The notes under the pieces: generated by a model | What the model was told of the DNA's origin: nothing | The model's database searches: none | Seen by the model: only the letters and a program-made list of their open reading frames with translations | Position numbers and translations under genes: made by a program | Virus record (IMG/VR): IMGVR_UViG_2775506835_000007 | Location: 1 to 64,000 of that record | Strand: one strand, 5' to 3' | Source of the DNA: a virus | Taxonomy: Duplodnaviria; Caudoviricetes | Length of the DNA: 64,000 nucleotides | Shown: positions 56,365 through 64,000 of the stretch, in pieces | Position numbering within the stretch: position 1 is the stretch's first letter | How the letters are laid out: every line of letters starts with the position of its first letter

Positions 56365-56958
56365 TTACACATCCTTTGTATTGACAATTTCATACTCATT
56401 TTTGTACTGATCCAGGCAATGAGCGATTTGTACAACATAGGTTTCGGAGCCGATGTTTACCAGGTCCCCTGATAGCAGCTCGATTTTCTTTGGCGTTACT
56501 ATCACCAAGGTGGTCGTGGTCTGAGATTCCGGCGTATCTTTTTGATAACCCATATACTTTTCGGTTAAACAGGCCGGAAATTCAGCGATACGGATCGGCT
56601 CTTCTTGCCATTGCGGGCGGTTGTACTGGTCCTTCGTTTTTGGCCTCCTGGACGCAATACATTTTACAGGTTCGATCATCGCAGCCTGTATTTCACAGTA
56701 CATCCGGTTTATTTCTTTGATCGACGTTAGAAAGCAGTGTTTCCCATTCCAGTCTATGGCGTTGTTCAGGGATATAGGGCGGCGGCGAACCGTAAATTTT
56801 ACGCCCGCCACCCCAATTCCAACCTTTGAAAATAAATTGCTCCCTTGCTGTATTTCCGCCTTTGCCCAAGTGTCTTCTGTACTGTCCCACCAAAAATACG
56901 CGCCGCTGTTTTGCAGGTGTTTTAATCCGATTCTTTCATTCAATTCGCCTGCATTCAT
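56365..56958 (-). CDS. Head closure/head-tail adaptor (two-domain)
   Basis: MNAGELNERI start typical of head closure proteins; 197 aa. Confidence 0.72.
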   Translation of the reverse strand: MNAGELNERIGLKHLQNSGAYFWWDSTEDTWAKAEIQQGSNLFSKVGIGVAGVKFTVRRRPISLNNAIDWNGKHCFLTSIKEINRMYCEIQAAMIEPVKCIASRRPKTKDQYNRPQWQEEPIRIAEFPACLTEKYMGYQKDTPESQTTTTLVIVTPKKIELLSGDLVNIGSETYVVQIAHCLDQYKNEYEIVNTKDV

Positions 56959-57248
56959 CAGCTATCCTCCTGCAAGGCTCCGGCTTGCAGCTGAGAAATC
57001 AAATTCCGCAGACCGAAACCAAGGTCTTTATCGTTTCCGACCGCCTCCCGGTTGTCGTACCAATGCGAAAACAGCATGCATACCGCCAGTCGATATGCCG
57101 GATTCGCTTCGTTGAGTTCCCTGCTTTTTTGATCGATCGCCTCTGTTATGTACGCTTCAGCTGCATCAAAGATGATTTTTGCGCCATATTCAATCTCCCT
57201 CTGGTCCACCCTTGCATATTTCAAGGCATCTTCCAAAAGCGTTCCCAT
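56958..57248 (-). CDS. gp6-like head-tail connector
   Basis: AAEAYI, LAVCML.SHWYDNRE, LISQLQ. Confidence 0.9.
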   Translation of the reverse strand: MGTLLEDALKYARVDQREIEYGAKIIFDAAEAYITEAIDQKSRELNEANPAYRLAVCMLFSHWYDNREAVGNDKDLGFGLRNLISQLQAGALQEDS

Positions 57249-58447
57249 CAGATTTTACCGGTTACATCCATTGCGCCGCGTACAACGGCGGCGGCATCCA
57301 CCGTCACGACGTCTTCGCGCTCAATCACGCGCATTTCGGTCCGGTTCTTCCGGAATGCCGTGCCGCCAATGTTTGTAGATGCAATCTGATGCCCTTTCCG
57401 CTCAAACATCTTGATGTACTCCGGGATGTTTCCGATAAAAATGGGGGCAAGCTGCTTCTGCGCGTCTCCGGTGCCGCTGGTCTCTGTCGGCAGCGTCGAG
57501 TTGGATACGACTCTAACAGATTTTCCGGCAAAAACTTTTCCGCTGGGATTGGTAATGTCCACCTGCATCAAGGGCCTGCCGTTTTTGTCCTCCAACGTGT
57601 CAAGATACTGGTACCCATCTTGGTTGGTCAGGATAATGGAGCTTGCCGCAAAGATCGGATCCAGTGTTACGTTGATCGCTTTTTTGATCGCTTTGTAATC
57701 GGCAAATGGAGTGGCATCCAGCGCGTTGAGCTTCGCGCAGATCAGTTGATTCCTGGTAACAACCGATTTCTTCCCGATCCAATTGACCAAAAACGCGATG
57801 ATATTTTGATCAGTATCTTCCAGCAGATCGTTCGGGATCGGCGTCCATCCGCCGTAATCTTTGATGTCGTATTTGATGGCCTCAAATTTTGGCGGGATCA
57901 TTTCGGGCAAATCCATGTCGTCCGATGTGAGGTTTTCAAACGGCGTCAGTTCCGCAAGAGTTTCGTAAACGCGGCTTCCGGACTTCATGTTTGTCGCAAT
58001 TACGTCAACCAGGCTCTCCAAACGGTCAAGTGTGCGCTTGTACTCGTTGATCTTGGTCTGGATGTCCTGCGGCAGCAGCAGTCCGCCGTTTTCGTCCGGC
58101 GTCTCGTGCAATCCCTCGGCAGCGTAAACATCCAGCGCGGCGTCGTAAGCGCTTCTTTCGTTCGGCCTCAGCCACGCGACACACATGTCGCGCCTTCGGA
58201 GTGCGGAGAAAAACGCCCTTCTGTAATCCGCTTTTGCTTCTTCTTTGTCTTTTACTTCACCTTTCGGCGGATCAGCGGGCGGCGGATCCGTATCCAGCTC
58301 TGCCATCAGGTCGGCTTTTTCGATCAGGTCTTTTGCTTCCGCCACCTTTGCCTTCGCCTTTTCCATCTCGTTTTTTGCCACCAGATCGCGTGCTTCCTGT
58401 TTCAGCTTATTTGCCTGTACCCGGAGTTCTCTTTCTTCTTTTGTCAC
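57248..58447 (-). CDS. Major capsid protein, HK97 family
   Basis: Delta-domain coiled coil, GGLLLPQD, ISNDLL-like IPNDLLED, LDTLEDKNGRPL. Confidence 0.93.
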   Translation of the reverse strand: MTKEERELRVQANKLKQEARDLVAKNEMEKAKAKVAEAKDLIEKADLMAELDTDPPPADPPKGEVKDKEEAKADYRRAFFSALRRRDMCVAWLRPNERSAYDAALDVYAAEGLHETPDENGGLLLPQDIQTKINEYKRTLDRLESLVDVIATNMKSGSRVYETLAELTPFENLTSDDMDLPEMIPPKFEAIKYDIKDYGGWTPIPNDLLEDTDQNIIAFLVNWIGKKSVVTRNQLICAKLNALDATPFADYKAIKKAINVTLDPIFAASSIILTNQDGYQYLDTLEDKNGRPLMQVDITNPSGKVFAGKSVRVVSNSTLPTETSGTGDAQKQLAPIFIGNIPEYIKMFERKGHQIASTNIGGTAFRKNRTEMRVIEREDVVTVDAAAVVRGAMDVTGKI

Positions 58448-58464
58448 AGTTTTAATCCCCTTTC

Positions 58465-59187
58465 TCAAATCGCATCAATCATTAAGAGCAGCTTTTCTTT
58501 TTCGTCCCGCTGCTCATCTTCTTTTGCCTTTTTCAACGCGGATTCTGGTAAATTTTTATACTTTACAAACATCGCGCTGGAGCAAGCAGCAACCCTTGTT
58601 TCTTCTGTTTTTACATTTTCAAAAAAATCAGCCAGTTCAGCGCCGTTCACCCACCACTCATCATGCATTTTTTGACGGATGTCAACCTCCGTATCGCTTT
58701 TCAGATGAGCGCGATATATTTCCGCATAGGATTCTTCGAGTTTTTCCAGCGTTTCCACTGTTTTTCTCAGGTCAACAGAATTTCCTATTGCAAATGTCCA
58801 CGGATCGTGCATCATCACTAAAGCTCCCGCCGGAGCGATAATTTCATCCGCCGCAAAGAGAGGCATTGTGGCGGCGCTGGCAGCCATACCGTCGATATGC
58901 GCAACCTTACGCGCCTTAGACCGCATCAATATCTCATACATCGCTTTACCGGCAAAAGCATCACCCCCGCCGGAATTGATATACATGTGGATTTCTTCTT
59001 TGTCCTCTACCTCTTTCAAAAAATCAACAATTTCCATTGGGCATTTATCTTCCGGCGCCCACTTTTCCCATTCCGTTCCAACTATGTCACCAAATATGTA
59101 TAGCTCCGCAATGGTCGGTGTTTTATTTTTGATTTCAATGGTTCCCTTGGCCCCGGTTTTTTCGCAGGATAGTTTAAGTATCGCCAA
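58465..59187 (-). CDS. ClpP-type prohead maturation protease
   Basis: INSGGGD, IDGMAASAA, MMHDP. Confidence 0.92.
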   Translation of the reverse strand: MAILKLSCEKTGAKGTIEIKNKTPTIAELYIFGDIVGTEWEKWAPEDKCPMEIVDFLKEVEDKEEIHMYINSGGGDAFAGKAMYEILMRSKARKVAHIDGMAASAATMPLFAADEIIAPAGALVMMHDPWTFAIGNSVDLRKTVETLEKLEESYAEIYRAHLKSDTEVDIRQKMHDEWWVNGAELADFFENVKTEETRVAACSSAMFVKYKNLPESALKKAKEDEQRDEKEKLLLMIDAI

Positions 59188-60427
59188 TCGCGTTCCCTCC
59201 TTTCATCGCCATGCCCTGCGCCAGCAGTTTTACCGGTGCCAGGGCAGAGTTTCCGAATAGTTCGTCTCCGCCTTCCCGCGGGGGAAGGTCTTCTTTTTGA
59301 CGGCACTCGTTTGGCGTCATAACCCCATTTTGAATCGCGTCCTTGTACATGGTCATCCGCTTTTCAATTTCCGCGCGCGTGATCGCGTCAGCGTTAAATT
59401 TGGCATAATATCCGGCCTTGATTTCGCTTGGCAGGAAGCACTTGTAATTGATTTCCTGTTCGTATTCCGCGAGAATTGCCATCATGGTATCTGTGTAAAA
59501 TTCCCGGTTGCTCTCCGACACGGATGCATACGACGCCTTTGTCAGATCGTTCACTTGATGCGGCTTGACCCCGAATGCCGCTGTAAGCTGTTGGACCGTA
59601 AACCGCGAATTTTCCAAAAACTGCGCATCTGTCAGTTTCATCTGGAACGGTTCAAACCGCATTCCCATTGGCATAACAGCAATCCGGTTTGCGTTGACAA
59701 TTCCCATTGTCATCTTTTCAAATTGATTCCGTATTTTGTTTGACTTTTCTGTATCTAGGTCGCCGGTATATTGCAGCACGCCGGAGGCCATCATGCCCTT
59801 TTTGTAGCTGGTGTTTAAAAACGTCCCGCTGGCCTTTGCATTTTCTACCGACGCGCGCAGGGCCTCTATGACGCTCAGTCCTACAATCCCGTCGGTCGAG
59901 AGGCCCTTGAAATGCAAAATTTCATCCTGCCTAAACCAGTATGGCGTTCCGTCGTTGTCGGTATAGTAGTACCAGATCATTCTGTTTCCACTCAACAATC
60001 CGACGTCGTCCATATAAATCGACACCCTGCGGCTGTCCAACGGGTATATGCCTTCTATCGCTCCGTTTTTTTTTGATGCAGAAATCCACGCATAGGCGTT
60101 TCCATATAACGTTCGCTGCGCCTCCAGGCATTTCCAACCGGTAATCGCGCTCATATATCGATTCATCCGCAGTTTCAAAATCGGCGCGATTGAGTGGTTT
60201 ACCTGCTGCTGTCCGCCTTCGGTGTACCGGTATACCTTCAAGGGCAGTTTTCCCAGCGTTTCAGACAGTATTTTCACGCAGGTGTATACCGTGGCTTCCT
60301 TTAGGGCCTTTTCCCCTCTGATGCTGTCGGATTCATCCATTCCAAGAGCTTCCCGCAGGCTATCCCATCCGTCATTCATTTGAGCTTTCGCCTGCGTGGC
60401 TGCAAGATATGATTTTCTAAAAATCAT
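59174..60427 (-). CDS. Portal protein, HK97 family
   Basis: VYTCVKILSE..KLP, YGNAY, ILHFK, DAQFLE, TPNECR..EDLPP.EGGD. Confidence 0.94.
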   Translation of the reverse strand: MIFRKSYLAATQAKAQMNDGWDSLREALGMDESDSIRGEKALKEATVYTCVKILSETLGKLPLKVYRYTEGGQQQVNHSIAPILKLRMNRYMSAITGWKCLEAQRTLYGNAYAWISASKKNGAIEGIYPLDSRRVSIYMDDVGLLSGNRMIWYYYTDNDGTPYWFRQDEILHFKGLSTDGIVGLSVIEALRASVENAKASGTFLNTSYKKGMMASGVLQYTGDLDTEKSNKIRNQFEKMTMGIVNANRIAVMPMGMRFEPFQMKLTDAQFLENSRFTVQQLTAAFGVKPHQVNDLTKASYASVSESNREFYTDTMMAILAEYEQEINYKCFLPSEIKAGYYAKFNADAITRAEIEKRMTMYKDAIQNGVMTPNECRQKEDLPPREGGDELFGNSALAPVKLLAQGMAMKGGNAIGDT

Positions 60428-60609
60428 TTATCTCCGCCTCCGATCGGATGGATCGTAAACCAAGCCCCAATCCCTACAAGTTCAATCCCTGCGGCGAGCA
60501 GCCCCAACGGAATGCAAACGCAGAGCGCCGCCGCCGCGATGCAGCACAGCCCTGAGAGGATACATACATCTTCCGTGCTGTCCCGTATTTTATTCCACCA
60601 TTTTTTCAT
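60424..60609 (-). CDS. Small membrane protein between terL and portal
   Basis: ED..IL.G, two hydrophobic segments; overlaps both neighbours. Confidence 0.65.
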   Translation of the reverse strand: MKKWWNKIRDSTEDVCILSGLCCIAAAALCVCIPLGLLAAGIELVGIGAWFTIHPIGGGDK

Positions 60610-62333
60610 TCCAGACCCCACCATTTTTCTAAATCGTATTTCGATATGTCCAGTTTTGGCTTTGTTCCCATTGCCAGCTTGTGTGCGTCGATCGTCGCGT
60701 CGCATGGGTCTATGCGTTTGGAGGCATAATCTTTGCTGAGTTTGATTTCTCCAAAACTGTTTGATACCGTGACCGCGTTTCTAAAACTCCATGCCAGCAG
60801 CGTGTTTTTTCTATCATAGATGATTTTTTTTGCATCTACACAGTTCTTAAAGTGATCCGTTGAATCATTCAGACTGCGCGCCGACTGGTTTATTTCTATC
60901 AAATCACAATGAAATGTATCTTCTAAATCCGGGAGAAACGCCGATGCTCCATGCGGGTCATAGGCAATCCCAAGGATTTCAAGGTTCAAGCGATCTGCCA
61001 ATTCTTTGTAATATCGCAAAATGTATTTGTAATCGGTGATGTACCCGCCGCCGGTTTGTGTCAATGTCAGCAGACCGTCTCTCGCCCATATACGATACGG
61101 CTCCTTGTCGGTTTGTTCGTGTTCCAATAGCCGATTTTCCGGCATGAAAGAATGGGAATCGATAAAAAATTTTCCATTGTCAAGCGGGAAATCCAACGAT
61201 CCGCTGGTCAAGTCCCCGCCGGCAGAGAGGTCCAGTCCCAAATAACAGGCGCGCCCGGCCATGTCGTCGATTGTGGTGTCGCTTGCGCATTCGGTCCACT
61301 TTCTTTCGTTTAAATACCCGTGTTCCGTCGCCTGTACCCATATGTTGAGGTCCTTTGTCATAAAGTTCAGCAGATCGTCTCCGCCTTTTTCTCTGGCTTT
61401 GATCGCGTCCGCGCGCATGCTGATGCATGTTTCCGGCGTCCAAAGTGGGTGCGCCGTCTGCCAAACTTCCTCGTTCCAGATTCGCTCGCCTATGGCGTCT
61501 TCCTGATTTGGTTCCGCGATGAAAACAAAGTGTGTTTCATCTGGAAATCCACTCAGTATGTTCTTTCCGTAGTCATATTCGCTTTTGCATGGGCTGTTCA
61601 AATCAAATCCCGCAGTGGTGATGATGGATACCAAACAGGATTTCAGTTTTTTACACCCATCCGTCAAGAGCTTGTACATCTGGTTGGTTTTGTGCTTATG
61701 GTATTCATCGACGCTTCCAAAGTACGGACGAAAGCCGTCTATGCTGTCCGTATCCCTGCCCAGCGCCTTGATCGTTCCATTTGTCAGGAGACATTCGATT
61801 TCCCCGCGGTATTCTTTGATTTTAAAGAGTTCCCGTTCCAGTTCCTGGTCCGCTTTAATAAACTTTATACACTCTTTCAGGACAATGCGCGCTTGCAGTT
61901 CTTTTGTGGCCGTTGCATAGACCTGCGGGTACTGATAACCGTCAAAATTTCCATAATAAAGGGATGGTATGGCGTTCATCACGCTTTTTCCGTTCTGGCG
62001 GGCAACCTGGATGTACGATGTGCGGAACCGCCTGTTGTTGGTGTCTTTTATCACCCATCCGTTCCAGTTCGCCATAATAAATGCCTGGAAATCCGCTGGC
62101 CGGAACGGCTGCGGATCGTCTCCTTCCGCCAGGATGAGTTGTTCGGAAAATCCGAACATGTGGGCGGCACGTTTTTCAGAATATACGAACGGAAAATCCG
62201 GCGTCCCCTGGCGTTCCAGGTCCTTCAAAAACCGTTGTGCTCCCATGATTTCGCTGCTTCCAACATTTCGATCCAGCGCGTTTTTAACCGCTGCTTCCGC
62301 GTATTTGATTGCTTTATCCACCGGTCGTACCAC
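60606..62333 (-). CDS. terL: Terminase large subunit
   Basis: VARQNGKS, VDEYH, ITTAG, GLDLS..GDLT, YDP, RIDP. Confidence 0.95.
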   Translation of the reverse strand: MVRPVDKAIKYAEAAVKNALDRNVGSSEIMGAQRFLKDLERQGTPDFPFVYSEKRAAHMFGFSEQLILAEGDDPQPFRPADFQAFIMANWNGWVIKDTNNRRFRTSYIQVARQNGKSVMNAIPSLYYGNFDGYQYPQVYATATKELQARIVLKECIKFIKADQELERELFKIKEYRGEIECLLTNGTIKALGRDTDSIDGFRPYFGSVDEYHKHKTNQMYKLLTDGCKKLKSCLVSIITTAGFDLNSPCKSEYDYGKNILSGFPDETHFVFIAEPNQEDAIGERIWNEEVWQTAHPLWTPETCISMRADAIKAREKGGDDLLNFMTKDLNIWVQATEHGYLNERKWTECASDTTIDDMAGRACYLGLDLSAGGDLTSGSLDFPLDNGKFFIDSHSFMPENRLLEHEQTDKEPYRIWARDGLLTLTQTGGGYITDYKYILRYYKELADRLNLEILGIAYDPHGASAFLPDLEDTFHCDLIEINQSARSLNDSTDHFKNCVDAKKIIYDRKNTLLAWSFRNAVTVSNSFGEIKLSKDYASKRIDPCDATIDAHKLAMGTKPKLDISKYDLEKWWGLE

Positions 62334-62790
62334 TCCGATACTGATCCCACTTGCTCTTTGGTTTTTCCGGCTCTTTTGGGATTACCAATTTGCACCGGCT
62401 TGAAATCGTCAGCCCCAAATCGCTTGCCGCAGCCCGGCACTGCTTAAACGCGCGATCCTGCACCGCCGTTACCTTGTCAATCAGCCCGATCATTTCCGGT
62501 TCGCACGGCAATTTGCGCATCATCTTAACGGTCTTGCGATAGTTTTCTTCTGCGATGATGTACCGGGCAAGTGATTCACAGTCCAAGTTCGACATGATCC
62601 CCAGATCGATTAGCTGGGAGGCGATCCGGTTAAATTCATCCTTTTGCCTTTTGATAAGGTACTTCGGCGGCTCCACTGCATCTGCTGGCGCGTGGATTTC
62701 GGCTCTTTCCCGTTCTTCTATTTCGGCTTTTGTAAGGTGCGCTTTTTTCTTTGCCTTCAACAGATCAATCGGTTGTCTTGGGCCTGCCAT
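62314..62790 (-). CDS. terS: Terminase small subunit, P27 family
   Basis: HLTKAEI, PPKYL, LD..SLARY, LGLTISSRCKL. Confidence 0.9.
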   Translation of the reverse strand: MAGPRQPIDLLKAKKKAHLTKAEIEERERAEIHAPADAVEPPKYLIKRQKDEFNRIASQLIDLGIMSNLDCESLARYIIAEENYRKTVKMMRKLPCEPEMIGLIDKVTAVQDRAFKQCRAAASDLGLTISSRCKLVIPKEPEKPKSKWDQYRSGTTGG

Positions 62791-63381
62791 TTACCCCACC
62801 CCCAGCAATTCGTCAAAAATTCTTTTATAAAAATCATATAGTTCCTCGCTTTTCTCAAAGCTAAATTGTTCGATCTTGGGATTTTCATTAAAATTGCTGG
62901 ACGTTTCAATCACAAATTTTCCTTTGTCGGTGTCCAGCAAAATTACCTTGCTGTGATTTTTGACATACCGGTATTTGATACCGGCGCGCTCGCAAACCTG
63001 TTCAAAATTTTGACTGTACCCGTAGTCCTTGCCTCGTACCTTATTTTCCTTGGCAAGGCCGCTGAGTAAAAATTCCACGTTTTCAATCGCGCCTTTTTTC
63101 TTTAGCGCTACAATCGCATCTAGTTCTTTTTGGCCTACGCGTAAAGTTGTAACCAGCAGGCCGTGGATTACACACTGCGTTGCAATCCACATGACAAGGC
63201 TGCAACTGCTCCATCCACCGGCGGGAGAAATCATTTTGAAAATCTCATTTTCTCGCGGTAAATGATCCAAAAATTTACCCAATTCATATCGTGATAAATA
63301 GAGATCAAAGCAAACATATTGTGCGCCCGCGGACTGCATCAGCAGGTATTTATCGTATTTTCCGGGACCTTTCTTCTTCAT
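62791..63381 (-). CDS. PLD-superfamily (HKD) domain protein
   Basis: HSKVILLD = HxKxxxxD followed by TSSNFN. Confidence 0.7.
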   Translation of the reverse strand: MKKKGPGKYDKYLLMQSAGAQYVCFDLYLSRYELGKFLDHLPRENEIFKMISPAGGWSSCSLVMWIATQCVIHGLLVTTLRVGQKELDAIVALKKKGAIENVEFLLSGLAKENKVRGKDYGYSQNFEQVCERAGIKYRYVKNHSKVILLDTDKGKFVIETSSNFNENPKIEQFSFEKSEELYDFYKRIFDELLGVG

Positions 63382-63396
63382 CAGCCACCAATCCAA

Positions 63397-63490
63397 ATTT
63401 CAAATTTTCCGTGGGGAGTTTTTGCGCGGAAAAAGAGGCCTTGCGGTATTGCACCATGCAAGCCGGAACTTTTTTACAGCCCCCTACCCC
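63397..63490. other. Probable cos/packaging-site region
   Basis: Non-coding gap after the HNH gene with GGGGTAGGGG run, the usual cos position in HNH/P27-terS phages; exact cut site not determined. Confidence 0.45.
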
Positions 63491-63941
63491 CTCGGAAGTC
63501 GACATTCCAACGCCGTTTTAGCTCTTGTAGCTCGCTTTTTACCCGCATATCTCCGCTGTGCATCCTTTTTTCAATGCGCATGTGCTCCCGGTGAGACAGA
63601 GGCACGAGGTTATCCGGGTCCAGTCTCAAGTCCCAGCGTTCTTTGATCGGCTCGATATGATGTACTTCATCGGCACTTTCTATTGATTCGTTCTTGTAAT
63701 AACTCCACAAGCACAAACCGCTGTAGATCGACATGATTCTTTTCTGCATCGTTTTCCATCCAGCGGATATATAAAACGCATGTTCTCTCGCGTCTCTTTC
63801 AAGCCGCACGGATTGATCATATTGCCTCTGCCTCTCGGACTTCCTTGTTGCCTCTTTGGACTTGTGCTGCTTGCAATATGATTCTCCGTGCTCCACCAAT
63901 TGTAGACAACCAGCATGCCTGCATATTTTTTTAAATGGCAT
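63474..63941 (-). CDS. HNH endonuclease (terminase-associated)
   Basis: FY.S.GW, EVHHIEPI...LRLD.DNLVPL...H..I. Confidence 0.88.
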   Translation of the reverse strand: MPFKKICRHAGCLQLVEHGESYCKQHKSKEATRKSERQRQYDQSVRLERDAREHAFYISAGWKTMQKRIMSIYSGLCLWSYYKNESIESADEVHHIEPIKERWDLRLDPDNLVPLSHREHMRIEKRMHSGDMRVKSELQELKRRWNVDFRGGRGL

Positions 63942-64000
63942 GTCTTTTGCCTCCAAAAACTTTAAACTTTAGAAATTACGAAAAACCCCTTGACTTAATC

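Larger units (their letters stand above)
35462..64000. mobile_element. Prophage 2 (HK97-type head, contractile tail), continues beyond the window
   Basis: Second, unrelated set of terminase/portal/ClpP/capsid/sheath/baseplate/lysis genes starting at the att core. Confidence 0.92.

Noticed and set aside
57179-58675. 498-aa + strand ORF (similarly 18087..19196, 55238..56410, 61320..62447, 24467..25330)
   Set aside because: Antisense shadows of well-supported capsid, neck and terminase genes; no motifs of their own
2160-64000. Single phage with an internal duplication or assembly artefact
   Set aside because: Head, terminase and sheath genes belong to different families, shared genes are diverged, and an att core marks the junction

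Overview
The window holds two different contractile-tailed (myovirus-type) prophages of a Clostridia/Oscillospiraceae-like host, stacked head-to-tail at one attachment site. Prophage 1 (1704-35482, ~33.8 kb) is complete in the window. It has an SPP1-type portal, a MuF minor capsid protein with toxin-like extension, an Xkd-like tail, an HUH Rep, RecU, a PAPS-reductase-like gene, hicAB, three Arc-like regulators, cro/cI and a large serine integrase whose 3' end contains the att core. Prophage 2 (35462 to beyond 64000) has an HK97-type head with ClpP protease, HNH/terminase, an Xkd-like tail, a lysis module and an Ig/LRR accessory-fibre operon. Its att-proximal cargo is an ECF sigma/anti-sigma cassette, an Xre-regulated small-gene operon and a short serine recombinase. 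The 21-bp core TGGTTGCGGAGGTCTGCAACC (1704, 35462) looks like the 3' end of an initiator tRNA-Met joined to phage arms. Most notable candidates: an 88-aa protein that copies the tail-sheath N-terminal arm and is coupled to an SGNH-hydrolase fibre; a stand-alone NrdD glycyl-radical peptide at the end of prophage 2's late operon; an integrase C-terminus rewritten by integration; a free anti-sigma-like domain; and promoter-to-terminator antisense RNAs. All calls come from reading motifs by eye; no database searches were run.
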